DNA of 64,000 bases from Ostreococcus lucimarinus (taxonomy: Eukaryota). The stretch is taken from assembly GCA_000092065.1 (NCBI GenBank), contig CP000600.1; one strand, 5' to 3'. Positions within the stretch are counted from its first letter, which is position 1. Each line of letters starts with the position of its first letter. The notes beneath the pieces were generated by a model. It made no database searches. It saw only the letters and a program-made list of their open reading frames with translations, and was not told the origin of the DNA. This document shows, in pieces, positions 9,275-21,121 of the stretch. The position numbers and the translations under genes are program-made.

Positions 9275-10384
9275 ATGTCGAAACGGTCGGACGACGGCGA
9301 CGACGACGAGGCGCGCGCGACGATGCGCGCGCCGCACGAGCGCGCGATGCGGGTGAAAATGATATCGACGACGCGACCGGCGACGGCGGCGCACGAGCTG
9401 GACGCGTCGGAGGCGCTGCTGAAACGGGACGGGAAGGACATCCATAAGCGAAGCGCGGCGAAAAAGGCGCGGTACGCGATGGTGTTCCCGGGACAGCTGA
9501 GCGTGAGCAAAGAGGGAAGGATCGGGGAGATGCGAGAGATGCACACGCAGGCGCCGGTGGTGTACTTGGATTTCGAGGGAGGGCGGATAAAGATGCTGGG
9601 GAGCATCGTGCGGCCGAAGTCGACGCGATACTTTACGCTGAACGCGAAGTCGAAGGATAGGATGAACCTGGAGGAGTGGTTCGAGAGCGTGATCGTGTTT
9701 CCGAGTTGGTACTGGATCGGGACGAAGGAGGAGAATCCCGAGGAGAAACCGTTGGCGCTTCCGGCGGAGTTGGGGGATTTGGCGGGGGAGGCGGAGACGG
9801 ATTGGGACGCGTCCGTGGCGGCGGGGAGCGGAAAGGCGGCGACGACGCCGACGACGGGTGCCACGGCGACGGCGATGAAGGCGAGTGAAACCGTTGTCGG
9901 CGATGACGCGAAAGACGCCGCGGACGGCGGTCGAAGACCGCGTCGACAAGCCGCGACGGTGGCGCGCAAGAAGATGTACGCCGACGACAGCGAGGCGGAA
10001 GAGGCGAGCGACGACGACGACGACGACGGACGCGTCACGTCCCCGATCGTCGTGCGTGGAAAAGTGGAGTCGTTCATGCCTCCACCGCCACCCGTGACAG
10101 CTCCCGCGCCGGTGCGCGAATCGATCGCGGCGCCCGCCCGAACGTCCGTTTCGGCGCCGTCGCGACGAGCCTCCGTTTCGGCGCCGTCGCGACGAGCCTC
10201 CGTTTCGGCGCCCAAGGTGGCGCCCGCGGCGAAGCGTCAGAAGAAGGACAGCGACGCCATCGTCATCGAGAGCGACTCGGACGATATCGAAAAGTCGGAT
10301 GATGACGATGATGAGATGGAGCTCGACGACGACGACGACGAGAGCGAGAGCGAGGACGAGGACGACGACAGCGATTTCGAATGA
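9275..10384 (+). CDS. Hypothetical acidic (probably nuclear) protein; conserved central block, 11-aa tandem repeat and Asp/Glu tail
   Basis: ATG at 9275. Central conserved-looking block VVYLDFEGGRIKMLGSIVRPKSTRYFTLNAKSKDRMNLEEWFESVIVFPSWYWIGTKEENPEE. Then RTSVSAPSRRASVSAPSRRASVSAPK, encoded by a 33-nt tandem repeat at ~10120-10215. C-terminus DDDDDEMELDDDDDESESEDEDDDSDFE. No family assignment I can defend. Confidence 0.5.
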   Translation: MSKRSDDGDDDEARATMRAPHERAMRVKMISTTRPATAAHELDASEALLKRDGKDIHKRSAAKKARYAMVFPGQLSVSKEGRIGEMREMHTQAPVVYLDFEGGRIKMLGSIVRPKSTRYFTLNAKSKDRMNLEEWFESVIVFPSWYWIGTKEENPEEKPLALPAELGDLAGEAETDWDASVAAGSGKAATTPTTGATATAMKASETVVGDDAKDAADGGRRPRRQAATVARKKMYADDSEAEEASDDDDDDGRVTSPIVVRGKVESFMPPPPPVTAPAPVRESIAAPARTSVSAPSRRASVSAPSRRASVSAPKVAPAAKRQKKDSDAIVIESDSDDIEKSDDDDDEMELDDDDDESESEDEDDDSDFE

Positions 10385-10445
10385 CTTGGGCGATTAGCGA
10401 GCGTTGAGTGTAATTCATTAAAATCAATATGCCACGAGACGGGTC

Positions 10446-11576
10446 TCAATACTTCTTCAAGAACTCTTGCAAGTCTTGCACCGCGGATTTCGACCCGACG
10501 AACATCGGGCTCTTTTCGTGAATATGCTTCGGCACGACGTCGAGCACGGATTCGTTCGCCTTCGGGCCTCGCGTCGACATGCCACCGGCTTGTTCGGCAA
10601 TCATGGAGATTGGCGCGATTTCATACAGCAACCGCGCCTTACCGTTCGGCGCCGACGTATCTGGCGGGTATAGCCAAATTCCGCCATAGAGCAAAGTGCG
10701 GTGGAAATCTCCGATGAGCGCTCCGATGTACCGATACGTCCACGGCTTGCCGCCGTCGCTACCACCCTTTTGTAGATGCGCGACGTAATCCTTGAGCTCG
10801 GGCGCCCACAAGTTGACGTTGCCGTTATTCCCCGAGTAAATGCGTTGCATCTTATCCCCGTCCGGAATCGTCACGCGTTCCTTCGAGCACACGAACTCGC
10901 CGACGTTTTCGTCAAAGTCGTACTGCGCGACGCCGTCTCCCGTCGTCAGCACGAACACGCACGACGAGCTATACATGCAGTATCCCGCCGCCACGAGCGC
11001 CTCGCCGCTCTGCAACGAATTCGTCAAGCAATTCGCCAGCGTCTCCTCCGCGCTATCCGTATCCTTAATCTCGCACGCGCCCGGCGCGTACACCCCGAAG
11101 ATGCTCCCCGTCGTCACGCACGCGTCGATGTTGCTCGACCCATCGATCGGATCGAACGTCACGATGTATCCACTCGCTCGTTCCACCGCGATCGGCGTGT
11201 CTTCCTCCTCCGTCACGATCACGCTCGCCCGTCCGCACGCGCGCAGCGTCTCCACGAAGACGTCGTTCGCGATGACGTCGAGTTTCTTCTGCTCGTCCCC
11301 GCTCGCGTTCGACCCGCCGGCGGCGCCGGTGTTCCCCGCGATCGGCGCGCGCGCGACGAGCGCGCGCACGCGCTTGCACGCGATGGCGACCGAGTTGAGC
11401 GCGATGGCGAGATCGGCGTCGATGTCCCCGCGCGCGCTCGCGCTCGCCAGGTGCGCGCTGAGCGACTCGCCGAGCGCGGCGCGCGCGCGCATCGCGCGCG
11501 CGGGCGCGCGGCGCGCGCGTCGCGGCGCGCGCGCGGGCGCGCGAGCGATGCGGGCGCGCGCGGCGAGCGTCGACAT
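10446..11576 (-). CDS. SBPASE: Sedoheptulose-1,7-bisphosphatase, chloroplast precursor (FBPase/SBPase family)
   Basis: ATG at 11576 (the ORF-track start 11609 is GTG). Transit-peptide-like MSTLAARARIARAPARAPRRARRA..., then GGSNASGDEQKKLDVIANDVFVETLRA...IVTFDPIDGSSNIDACVTTGSIFGVY...GKPWTYRYIGALIGDFHRTLLYGGIWLYP...KARLLYEIAPISMIAEQAGG, as in SBPase/FBPase. Confidence 0.85.
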   Translation of the reverse strand: MSTLAARARIARAPARAPRRARRAPARAMRARAALGESLSAHLASASARGDIDADLAIALNSVAIACKRVRALVARAPIAGNTGAAGGSNASGDEQKKLDVIANDVFVETLRACGRASVIVTEEEDTPIAVERASGYIVTFDPIDGSSNIDACVTTGSIFGVYAPGACEIKDTDSAEETLANCLTNSLQSGEALVAAGYCMYSSSCVFVLTTGDGVAQYDFDENVGEFVCSKERVTIPDGDKMQRIYSGNNGNVNLWAPELKDYVAHLQKGGSDGGKPWTYRYIGALIGDFHRTLLYGGIWLYPPDTSAPNGKARLLYEIAPISMIAEQAGGMSTRGPKANESVLDVVPKHIHEKSPMFVGSKSAVQDLQEFLKKY

Positions 11577-11652
11577 GGCGTCGCGTCGCGGAGTGTCGAA
11601 TCGCGACACTCATCCGCGCGCGACGCGCGAACGACGCCGACGCGCGCGCGGG

Positions 11653-12534
11653 ATGTCGCGCGCGAGCGTCGCGGCGACGCCGCGCGCGCTCGCGCGCGCG
11701 CGCGCGACGTCGCGCGTCGCGCGAGGTCGACGCGCGGTGGAACGTTTGAGAATTCTCGAGCGCGCGACGACGACGACGCGCGCGAACGCGTACGACGACG
11801 GCGACGGGGACGGCGACGACGACGGGAGACGCGCGTACGAGCGCGGGTCGCGGTCGACGACGCAGGGCGATCGCTTGCGGGAGGCGCGACGGCGGGAATC
11901 GGCGTACGAGCGCGCGCCGCCTCGAGCGGGACGGGGCGGCGGCGGCGGCGGAAGGATGGCGTACGAGGACGACGGGTACGACGACGGTGGTGGACCGGGA
12001 AAAGAGTTGAATAAATTTCTCATCGCGGGCGCGTTCGTGGTGGGGATCGGGGCGGGGGTGGTGTTCGACACGGCGGTGGACTTGGAGCCGTCGAACGTGG
12101 CGTCGAGGGAGATTTTGGATAGGCGGACGCCGAGCTCGGAGCTGTGCATGGCGAACGGGGCGTCGGCGATGGTGTTTGATCAACGCGTGTTCTTGTCGTT
12201 GAACCCGTTTAACGTGTACGTGGCGCAGCCGGAGGTGAAACCGGGGTGCGTGGTTCGCCGGTCGAATTGGGGCGTGTTGGAGCGAAACAACGTAGTGGAT
12301 AAAAAGGCTGAAGACGTGTGCAAGCAGCATTTGAACACGTTCGCGTTCGTGGGTGATCTAGACAAGTCCCCGGAGGTGTCGTGCGTGTATCACAGCGAGG
12401 ACGCCGAGAATCAATTCATGAAGGATCCGTCCAAAGCGGTGTTGGGGGACGGAGTCGCCCAAGCGATGCGCGAGGCCACGGCGGCGAAAAAGGCCGACAT
12501 GGGGCCGCAGGCGGGTCCGAAAGGTTTCCGGTGA
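11653..12534 (+). CDS. Hypothetical protein with one TM helix and a conserved C-terminal domain (possibly plastid-targeted); start uncertain
   Basis: 3' part of ORF 10840..12534 (the 5' 800 nt of that ORF is antisense to SBPase). Confident portion: KELNKFLIAGAFVVGIGAGVVFDTAVDLEPSNVASREILDRRTPSSELCMANGASAMVFDQRVFLSLNPFNVYVAQPEVKPGCVVRRSNWGVLERNNVVDKKAEDVCKQHLNTFAFVGDLDKSPEVSCVYHSEDAENQFMKD. In-frame ATGs at 11575, 11653 and 11956; 11653 (MSRASVAATPRALARARATSRVARG..., transit-peptide-like) is chosen provisionally. TGTAA signal follows at ~12552. Confidence 0.4.
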   Translation: MSRASVAATPRALARARATSRVARGRRAVERLRILERATTTTRANAYDDGDGDGDDDGRRAYERGSRSTTQGDRLREARRRESAYERAPPRAGRGGGGGGRMAYEDDGYDDGGGPGKELNKFLIAGAFVVGIGAGVVFDTAVDLEPSNVASREILDRRTPSSELCMANGASAMVFDQRVFLSLNPFNVYVAQPEVKPGCVVRRSNWGVLERNNVVDKKAEDVCKQHLNTFAFVGDLDKSPEVSCVYHSEDAENQFMKDPSKAVLGDGVAQAMREATAAKKADMGPQAGPKGFR

Positions 12535-12616
12535 TCGATCGGTGCCGTCGTTGTACGTGTGTAATGAACCAACCAATTTGTTTTCTTTGTTTTACATGTG
12601 CTAGTACACCGCGCAG

Positions 12617-14377
12617 CTAGGCGTCGGTGGGTTGAGAATCTTCACCCGCCGGCGACGATAACTGCGTTGCCTGAGATGCGAACAGCTCGGTCAGCGTCCT
12701 TTGGGAGACGTCGATCACGGGTTGCACTTTTTGCCGTTTCGGCGACTTCCCGTTCGTCGATGTCGTCTCGAGGTGATTTCCGCTCGTTTGCCCGTTCAAC
12801 ACCGCGCCGAGATTATCCAACTTCTTCTTTATGCTTTGCCAAATGATTTCGTCGATCGTGTCCTTGGCGTGTAGGTACTGCACCAAAACGCTCGATTGCT
12901 GCCCGATTCTGTGCGCTCTATCCTCAGCCTGAATCAAGTCGCCAGGCGTCCACACCATTTCGCCGAAGATCACCGTCGAAGCCGCGGTGAGCGTCAAGCC
13001 CATCCCCGCGGCTTTGATGCTGAGAATCGCCACGCGAACGTCGTCGCGACGCTGGAACGCGTTCACTAAGTCGCCTCTCACCGCCGCTGGCGTCGATCCG
13101 TCGATGCGAATCGTTTTGACTTTCTTCGCGTCCATACACTGAGCCACGGCGTCGAGCAAGACGCCGTGATGCGCGAAGAACAAAAATTTCGACGTACTCC
13201 CGTCGATCAACGTCTCCAAGTACTCGCACACCGATTTCGTCTTCGCCTTGGCGCTCGCTAAGAAGAGCTCGTTTAGCAGCCTTTTTTCTTCCAGCTCGTT
13301 CCCGCCTCTCTGACGCAGTTCGTCGAGTAGCGATTTTATGCGGCGCACGTCGCCCATGCTCGACTTCTCCAGCGCGAGCCAAACCTGCGTTCGTTGCTTC
13401 GGCGGCAAGTCCTTGAGCACGTCCTTTTTCAAACGACGCACCATACAAAGCTTTGAAATCATGACGTGCAGTTCGTCGGCGTGAGTACATCCCGTGTACA
13501 TGCCGAACGGCCCGCCGTTTGCGCAGTACCGCGCGCCGTACTCGTTCAATCGCGCGAAGACTTTCGGCACCAAGGCCTCGAGCTGGGTGAACAGCTCGAT
13601 CGGCCTGCTGAGCGCTGGCGTGCCCGTCAGACAAATCGCGCGATTGGCATCCTTGAGCAGCGGCATCACCGCCTGCGTTCTCTGCGCGCGTCGATCCTTT
13701 AAAAAATGACTCTCGTCGCACACGACGATTTTATACCGCTTCGCGAGCAATTTCGAGCGAAGCTTCACGACGAGCGAGTACGGCACGATGTCGAACGGTC
13801 GTCCTTCGTCGAGTTTCCACCCCTCGCTCGCCGCCCCCACGCACGCGACGTCGCCGTCCGCGACGTCGAGCCACGATTGCAAAGCGTTTCGCCAAGCCTC
13901 GCGCAACGAAGTCGGCACTAAAATGAGCGCCGGGCACTCCTCGCGATAACACGCCAACAACGCGCACGCCTGCACCGTCTTCCCCAGCCCCATCTCGTCC
14001 CCGATCAACACGCGTCCCCGTCGCCTCAGCGCGTACATCACCCCCGTCCTCTGAAATTCAAACATCTTCGCGTCCAGCGCCTTCGGCACGCCTCTCGCGT
14101 ACGCCCCCGCCGCGTCCTCCTCGAACCGCACCTCCGCGCACCGCAGCGCCATCCCCGGCACGTCCAGCACTCGCGCGTTCGTCCGACGCACGAGCGCGTC
14201 GCGAATCGCGCGCACCGCGCCCGCCGGCGCCGTCCACGCGCCGTCGCTCGCGCGCGTCGCGCCCGCGTCCCGCGCCGCCGCCGCCGCCGCCTCCCCGAGC
14301 GCGCCCGCGCGCGGCGTCGCGCGCGCGATCGCGAACGCGTCCCCAGGTTCGCGAAGCGCGAACTCGATCGTCGTCGG

Positions 14378-14429
<52 letters not shown>

Positions 14430-14533
14430 GATTCCGCGCGCATTCGCCGTCGCAGCGCCTCGCTCGCGTCCGCGACCGCGCGCGCGGCGCGCTCGGCGTC
14501 GACGGCGTCGTCCCACGCGTCCCACGCGTCCAT
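12617..14533 (-). CDS. SNF2-family DNA-dependent ATPase, SMARCAL1/ZRANB3-like subfamily
   Basis: ATG at 14533 (MDAWDAWDD). Motif I VLIGDEMGLGKTVQACALLA; DEAH-box region IVVCDESHFLKD; motif VI HRIGQQSSVLVQYLHAKDTIDEIIWQ. Poly-Thr tract (TTTTTTTTTATTATTAPTT) encoded by (gtc/cgt)n at ~14390-14430. Confidence 0.8.
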
Positions 14534-14792
14534 CGTCGCGACGCGCCGCCGCGAAGCGCCGCCGCGACGCCGCCGACCGCGCGCGCGCGAGTGCCTCGTT
14601 CGCGCGACGGATCGGGCGACGGACGGGTTTTAGTATTGCGTCGTATCCCAAACCCTAGGATACAATATACATATTCAACGACCCAGTAGACGCATCGGCG
14701 CGCGCTGTAGATATACACGACACCGCACTGTATGCGCACACACGCAATCCGCGAGCCGGTCGCGATCGCGGCACACCTCGACGCATCCCGCG

Positions 14793-17700
14793 ATGCGCGC
14801 GCACGTCACCCTCCGCGCGGCGACGCCCGCGCGCGCCGCCGCGACCGTGCGCGCGGGCCGACGACCGTCCGCGATGCGCGCCGACGCGGCGCCGACGCGC
14901 GCGACGAGCGCGCGCGTCGCGTACGGCAACGCGTCGACGACGACGCTCAAGCTCGACGCGCGAGGCGCGACGCGAAGGCCGACCCTAGGCGGGGGGCGTC
15001 GACGATTCGAGACGCGCGCGATGTTTGAGGTGCGCGCGACGCGACCGCGAGGGCGGGGCACGCGAGCGTGTATTTTGATGCGTCGCGGACGCGGCGCGGA
15101 GGGGGAGGGGCGACGCGGGAGAGGACGAGGGACTGACGAGACGATGGCTTCGATCGACGCGCGCGCAGCGGTTCACGGAGAAGGCCATCAAGGTGGTGAT
15201 GTTGGCGCAGGAGGAGGCGCGGCGATTGGGGCACAACTTCGTCGGGACCGAACAGGTGAGTGGAGAGAATATTGAACGCGCGAACGGGCGCGGATTCGGG
15301 GCGCGGGGAAGGGGTAGGGCGGCGTCGGGGGGGACGCGGAGGACGCGACGTTAGGTTTAAGCGGGAAGGCGCGGCGCGCGGGGAACGCGCGGCGGCGTCG
15401 CGGGCGCGAGGAACGCGAGGACGGCGCGCGAGGACGCGTGGGAGGGGTGGAAGATGCGCGCGCGCGCGCGCGACGGCGCGATACGGACGGTGACTGACGA
15501 GACGGCGTTCGCGACGCGACAGATCATGCTCGGTTTGATTGGCGAAGGCACCGGCATCGCGGCCAAGGTGCTCAAGTCGATGGGCATTTCGTTGAAGGAA
15601 GCGCGCATCGAGGTTGAGAAGATTATTGGACGCGGTTCCGGTTTCGTCGCGGTGGAGATTCCGTTCACGCCGCGCGCGAAGCGCGTGTTGGAGCTCGCGC
15701 TCGAGGAGGCGCGCCAGTTGGGCCACAACTACATCGGCACCGAACACTTGTTGCTCGGTTTGCTCCGTGAAGGCGAGGGCGTGGCTGCGCGCGTGCTCGA
15801 AAACCTCGACGCCGACCCGGCAAAGATTCGTTCTCAAGTGATTCGCATGGTTGGTGAGACGCAAGAAGCCGTCGGCGCGGGCGCCGGCGGCGGCCAAGGC
15901 GCGCAATCCGGCTCCAAGACGCCGACTTTGGAAGAGTTCGGTAGCGACCTCACCAAGAAGGCTGAAGAGGGTAAGCTCGATCCGTGCATCGGTCGTGCGA
16001 ACGAAATCGTTCGCGTCACGCAAATTCTCGGTCGCCGTACCAAGAACAACCCGTGCTTGATTGGTGAACCGGGCGTCGGTAAGTCTGCCATTGCCGAAGG
16101 TCTCGCGCAAAAGATTGCCGCCAACGACGTTCCGGATACTCTCGACTCCAAGCGTATGATGACGCTCGATATGGGTTTGCTCGTCGCCGGTACCAAGTAC
16201 CGTGGTGAGTTCGAGGAGCGTCTCAAGAAGCTCATGGACGAAGTGAAGAGTGATGAAAACATCATCCTTTTCATCGACGAAGTCCACACGCTCATCGGCG
16301 CCGGCGCGGCGGAGGGCGCCATCGATGCGGCGAACATCTTGAAGCCGGCCTTGGCGCGTGGTGAACTCCAGTGCATCGGTGCGACGACTATTGACGAGTA
16401 CCGCAAGCACATCGAGAAGGATCCGGCGCTCGAGCGTCGTTTCCAACCGGTTCAAGTTCCGGAGCCGTCGGTGGATGAAACCATTCAAATTCTCCGCGGA
16501 CTCCGCGAGCGTTACGAATTGCACCACAAGCTCAAGTACGATGACGACGCTTTGATCGCCGCCGCAAAGTTCTCGAGCCAGTACATCTCCGATCGTTTCT
16601 TGCCGGACAAGGCGATCGATCTCATCGATGAGGCTGGTTCTCGCGTGCGACTGGAAAACGCCGCCCTCCCGGAGGAAGCCAAGGAACTCGATAAGGAGCT
16701 CAAGGCTTTGATGAAGGAGAAGGATACGGCCATCCGCTCTCAGGATTTCGAAGCCGCTGGTGGCCTTCGTGATCGCGAAGTCGAGCTCAGAGCTCAAATC
16801 AAGCAAATCACCGAGCGAAAGCAAGAGGAGAACAAGGCGAAGGCTGAATCCGGTGACGCGTCTGGTCCGACGGTGGTCGAGCAAGACATTGCCGATATTG
16901 TCGCCGCCTGGACTGGTATCCCCGTCGATAAGGTGTCTTCCGATGAAGGTACCCGATTGATGGACATGGAAGAAACCCTTCACAAGCGATTGGTTGGTCA
17001 AGAAGAAGCCGTCGTGGCGTGCGCTCGCGCCATTCGCCGCGCCCGTACCGGCTTGAAGAACCCGAACCGTCCGGTCGCGTCCTTCATCTTCTCCGGTCCC
17101 ACTGGTGTCGGTAAATCCGAGCTCGCCAAGTCCCTCTCTGCCTTTTACTTCGGTTCCGAAGAAGCCATGGTTCGTCTTGATATGTCCGAATTCATGGAGC
17201 GCCACACTGTTTCCAAGCTCATCGGTTCCCCGCCGGGTTACGTCGGTTACTCTGAGGGTGGTCAGCTCACCGAGGCTGTTCGGCGGCGTCCGTACACCCT
17301 CGTGCTTTTCGATGAAATCGAAAAGGCGCACCCGGATGTGTTCAACATGATGCTTCAAATCCTCGAAGACGGTCGCTTGACCGACTCCAAGGGTCGCGTG
17401 ATTGACTTCAAGAACACCCTCATCATCATGACGTCGAACGTTGGTGCGTCGGCGATTGAAAAGGGTGGCGGTGGATTGGGCTTCCAACTCGACGACAACG
17501 CGGAGGATCAGTCCTACAACCGCATTAAGAGCTTAGTCATGGAAGACTTGAAGAACTACTTCCGACCGGAATTCCTCAACCGTCTTGACGAAATCATCGT
17601 GTTCCGTCAACTCAACAAGCAAGAAGTGCGAGAAATTGCGTACATCATGCTCGAGAACGTCTTCAAGCGCCTTAAGGAGAAGGAAATCGTCCTCGAATGC

Positions 17701-17949
17701 ACGGAGCGATTCAAGGATCGTCTCGTCGACGAGGGTTTCTCTCCGGCGTACGGTGCGCGTCCTTTGCGTCGCGCCATCATGCGCTTGCTTGAGGACAACC
17801 TCTCCGAGAAGATGCTCACGGGTGAGATTTCGGAGGGTTCGTCGTGCATTATGGACGTGAACGCGGAAGGTGAAATCACGGTGTTGACTGGCGACGGTAG
17901 AGAGCTGAAGGCTGGTAGCGCGATCGGTGGTCCGGCTGGCATCGCGTAA
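14793..17949 (+). CDS. CLPC: Chloroplast ATP-dependent Clp protease chaperone subunit ClpC (Hsp100); 3 exons: join(14793..15029,15169..15255,15523..17949)
   Basis: Exon 1 (from ORF 14793..15275): transit peptide [31 protein letters not shown]...RAMFE. Donor gtgcgc at 15030. Exon 2 (frame shift +1; acceptor cgcgcag at 15166-68): [29 protein letters not shown]. Donor gtgagt at 15256. Exon 3 (acceptor gacag at 15520-22, ORF 15454..17949 frame): [92 protein letters not shown]..., two AAA+ modules ([16 protein letters not shown]; [12 protein letters not shown]). Junctions MFE|RFTEKAIKV and GTEQ|IMLGLIGEG reproduce the conserved ClpC N-domain exactly. Intron lengths 139 and 267 nt fit the frames. 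Confidence 0.85.
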
Positions 17950-18256
17950 TTCTAGGCTGCGAGAACGCTTAAAAAATGATTGATTACAAAATGACTTTTG
18001 TTCTTTGGGGGTCACCCCATCATCAGCGTCGGAGCCTGTGTTATTAGGCGATTTAGATTACGTGTCTCTCACGCATGTTATACGATGAAACGAGCGAATT
18101 AACACCCGCGCGCGCCGAACCACATAAGTGACCTCTTCTCCTCTGAGCTCGTCAGTCCACGACACGGCCCGAATTCTCAGAGCAATTTGACAGATTGTTT
18201 TGATTGTTTGTATCGATTATCACAACTGTTGTATGTTCGTAACGTCGCAACGAATC

Positions 18257-21121
18257 CTAAGCCAGCAACTGAACCAAGTCCCCCCGTATAGAGCACGTCT
18301 CTTGCTCGACGAGTAACATCGCTGCGTCTCGAACTTCCTGCACGCTGAGCGCCATAGAACCGTCTCTCTCCGCGAGCATCTTTACCAACTCACTCAATCT
18401 AAGTCGACCGCTCGACGACGTCAAGCACGCCGTGATACCGTCAGCGATGACCTTGCGGTGTTGACGATCGCTCGCACTGTGTCCGGTTAAAATCTTGTCC
18501 ATGTCGATGGTGCCCGTTCGGGGATCGACGGCGGATTGTTGCATGGCGACGCGCATCAAACGCAACGCTTCCTTCGCGTCGTCGCGATCGACTCGGACGC
18601 TCAAGCGCATACGGGCGAGAGACTCTGAAAGACGGATCAAAGACTCCAACTGTCTCGGCGTCGCCGTGATCACTTTACGACTACCTCCCATGCGACGCAT
18701 CTCCACGTACCCTTCGACGAGCTCCTCCGCGGCTTCATCGCTCAGCACCGGTTGTACGTGAGATCGCGCGAAAGAAACGTAGTCGGTGAGCAACGACGCT
18801 TCAATCGCGCCGCGCTTCTTTTGCGGCGGATCTTTGTAGTGCAAGCTCACCAAGTGTCGCGCCAATCGTCGATCCGTCTCCGGGTTCGCGCGATCGAGCA
18901 AAAGGTACAACAAATCGAAACGCGAGAGAAGCGTGGGCGGAAGCTGAATGTTCTCCACCATGGACATATTTGGGTTGTATCGACTCCCCACCGGGTTCGC
19001 GGAGGCAAGCACGGATGTTCGCGCGTTTAACACGGCGATGATGCCAGCCTTGGCGATGGAAACCGTTTGTTGCTCCATGACTTCGTGCAACATCGATCGA
19101 GCGCTATCAGACATTTTGTCAAACTCGTCGATGCAACAAATTCCTCTATCGGAAAGCACAAGGGCTCCAGATTCAAGAACCATGTCCTTTGATTCCGGAT
19201 CGCGTGTGACGTACGCCGTGAGACCGACCGCTGAGGAACCTCTGCCCGAGGTGTACATGCCGCGCGGCGCGATGCGGTGGACGTACGTCAACAATTGCGA
19301 CTTGGCCACCCCCGGATCACCGACTAGTAAAACGTTTATATCACCGCGAACTTTATTTGCTGCGGTGCCACTGAATGTCTTGTTCGTCGCCCCGAAGAGT
19401 TGGCACAGTAGCCCTTTCTTCACGTCTTCCAACTCCCAAATCGACGGCGCGAGCGACGCCACGAGACGTTGGTAAATATCCGGCGATCGCCCGAGCTCTT
19501 CGATCTCCGCCGTCCTCGCCGGAGTGAACTCGAGTTGGGCGTTCGGATTTTGATTGCTCGCCGGTTTCGATGCGCGCTCGGCGGAAGAATGCTTCGCCGC
19601 TTCGTCGTCTTCGGTGCCCGCGGTGTTTCGCATGCGATTACCGGCGTCTTTTCTAATGTGAATAATGTCCAAGTACGTCTTGTACACGCTCTTCAACGTC
19701 CTTCGCGTCGAACTGATGCGAATCGGCACGGCGCGGTACACTCCCGTGACTTCCACGCGATCGCCGGGTTTGGCTTGGTCGACGAGTTCGTCGAAAACGC
19801 ACATCGAAACAGTGTGTGGGGTTTCACCCTCGGGAATCGCGTCCGGCGTCTCTTGCATTTTGACGGTTTGCTTGTTCGCGAAGACGCACTGGTTATGAAT
19901 CAACGTCATCGTCCCTGGCTTTCCGCACTCCGTACACTTGAGCGGGGGCTCGTTCACGCGTCCACGATCAACCTGAACGTGCTCGGGGGCGAACCCGCAC
20001 ATCAAGCATTTGAAGTACGCGAGCTTCAGATCGGGAATAATCGTCGTGCATCGCGTCACCATCCCGCGCACGCACACCATCTTGTCAATATCCGAAGGAT
20101 TCAAGTCACGCATCGGCTTGGCGTCCATCATGTTGAACGGTCGAACGATGATTCGCGCGGCGGGCGTGTCCTCGTCCATATCTTCGGGCGCGACGACGTT
20201 TTCCAAAAAGTATTCGTTCGCCACGACATCAAAGAGCGGAATGATCTCTTGCGGATAATGAATCAACTGCTTGTACAAAAACTCATCGTACTCGTGCACG
20301 TGTTGACAATCCAAATCCAAGTGCGTGTGCTCTTTTTCGTAAATCTCTCGCATGCGCTCGTCGTAGTACGAATCCGCGGAGTCGGGCAATTCAAAGTTTT
20401 CGATAAACCTCCGAAAGCGCTGCTGCGTGTCGAGCACGTTCACCCTCGTCCCCCAAATGTACGTCTGCGCCGCCACCTCATCCCGCTGCGCCTGCGCCGC
20501 GTGCAAGTGTTCGCCCGCGCTCATCGGCGGCGACGCCAAGAAATCCGCCGCGTCCTGCGTCGCCGTCAACTGTGTCATCTCCTGCGTCCCGTATCGTTGA
20601 CTCGCCCCCGGCGCGCCGAATCCGTCGTCGTCCCCGTCCGTCACCCGCCTCGCCCTCGCGCTCCCATTCAGCCCCAAATCGCTCCTCGGCGTCGCTCTCG
20701 GCGTCCCAAACAATCTCGGCGTCCCAAACTGTCCCTGTCCCTGTCCCTGTCTCGCCGGCGTCACCGCCTCCCGCGTCCCGTTCGCCCCGCTCGACCGTCG
20801 CCGCGCCGGCGGCGAAAACAAATCCTCCATCGGGCTCCCTCTCCCTCGTCCCGCGCCCTCGGGCCCCCCGACCGCCCGCGCCCGCGGCGGCGACATCAAC
20901 CCCACGTCCGCGCCCGCGCTCGCCCCGCCTCGCCCCCCCGACCGCGTCGGCGCCGCGTTCTCGTCGTCCTCGTCCCCAGCTGTCGTCGCGATCGCGACGT
21001 CCCGCCCGTCCCGCGTCGTCGTCTCCGCGTTCGCGTCGCTCAGCCGTCGTCGCGTCGTCGCCGGCGACGCCGACGGCAACCTCGACGGCGCCTTCCTCGG
21101 GCTTCGTCGCGGCGTCGACAT
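18257..21121 (-). CDS. MCM4: DNA replication licensing factor MCM4
   Basis: First ATG at 21121 ([23 protein letters not shown]...; the ORF-track start 21208 is GTG). Zn finger CLMCGF..CTECG; Walker [12 protein letters not shown]; Walker B/arginine finger [31 protein letters not shown]...[11 protein letters not shown]. Ser/Thr-Pro-rich N-tail is typical of MCM4. A TGTAA-type signal (ttttgtaatc, minus strand) lies in the shared 3' UTR zone at ~17980. Confidence 0.85.
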   Translation of the reverse strand: MSTPRRSPRKAPSRLPSASPATTRRRLSDANAETTTRDGRDVAIATTAGDEDDENAAPTRSGGRGGASAGADVGLMSPPRARAVGGPEGAGRGRGSPMEDLFSPPARRRSSGANGTREAVTPARQGQGQGQFGTPRLFGTPRATPRSDLGLNGSARARRVTDGDDDGFGAPGASQRYGTQEMTQLTATQDAADFLASPPMSAGEHLHAAQAQRDEVAAQTYIWGTRVNVLDTQQRFRRFIENFELPDSADSYYDERMREIYEKEHTHLDLDCQHVHEYDEFLYKQLIHYPQEIIPLFDVVANEYFLENVVAPEDMDEDTPAARIIVRPFNMMDAKPMRDLNPSDIDKMVCVRGMVTRCTTIIPDLKLAYFKCLMCGFAPEHVQVDRGRVNEPPLKCTECGKPGTMTLIHNQCVFANKQTVKMQETPDAIPEGETPHTVSMCVFDELVDQAKPGDRVEVTGVYRAVPIRISSTRRTLKSVYKTYLDIIHIRKDAGNRMRNTAGTEDDEAAKHSSAERASKPASNQNPNAQLEFTPARTAEIEELGRSPDIYQRLVASLAPSIWELEDVKKGLLCQLFGATNKTFSGTAANKVRGDINVLLVGDPGVAKSQLLTYVHRIAPRGMYTSGRGSSAVGLTAYVTRDPESKDMVLESGALVLSDRGICCIDEFDKMSDSARSMLHEVMEQQTVSIAKAGIIAVLNARTSVLASANPVGSRYNPNMSMVENIQLPPTLLSRFDLLYLLLDRANPETDRRLARHLVSLHYKDPPQKKRGAIEASLLTDYVSFARSHVQPVLSDEAAEELVEGYVEMRRMGGSRKVITATPRQLESLIRLSESLARMRLSVRVDRDDAKEALRLMRVAMQQSAVDPRTGTIDMDKILTGHSASDRQHRKVIADGITACLTSSSGRLRLSELVKMLAERDGSMALSVQEVRDAAMLLVEQETCSIRGDLVQLLA

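Noticed and set aside
7784-9949. Long N-terminal extensions of ORF-track proteins. Examples: EngB 721 aa, SSRP1 1002 aa, LSG1 734 aa, pectin acetylesterase 572 aa, cathepsin from 54148.
   Set aside because: The ORF track opens at non-ATG codons (GTG/TTG/CTG checked at 11609, 21208, 23281, 46636, 52933, 54148, 57169, 62599), or reads through upstream Arg-rich sequence. Homology begins only after the first in-frame ATG, which I used instead.
9275-10384. Calling the acidic protein an RHL1-type (topoisomerase VI-associated) DNA-binding protein.
   Set aside because: The resemblance (a WxGTKEENPEE-like block) is from uncertain memory and cannot be verified without a database search. It is left as hypothetical.
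11700-11960. Possible retained intron or IE copy inside the N-terminal region of the gene downstream of SBPase (contains gagaattctcgag and cgcgcgaacgcg modules).
   Set aside because: No branch motif or acceptor is present. The region is in-frame and open throughout, so it is treated as low-complexity coding or 5' UTR. The true start codon (11575, 11653 or 11956) remains unresolved.
14947-17487. 846-aa minus-strand ORF. The same pattern appears as 606 aa at 19469..21289(+), 480-490 aa at 4808..6311, 412-421 aa at 10776..12330, 346 aa at 23042..24082 upstream part, and 712 aa at 55797..57935(+).
   Set aside because: These run antisense to, or out of frame with, strongly supported genes (ClpC, MCM4, kinase/CBP20, SBPase, SCCPDH). 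Their products are Arg/Ala/Gly-rich low-complexity strings. High GC content suppresses stop codons on the opposite strand, so they are artefacts.
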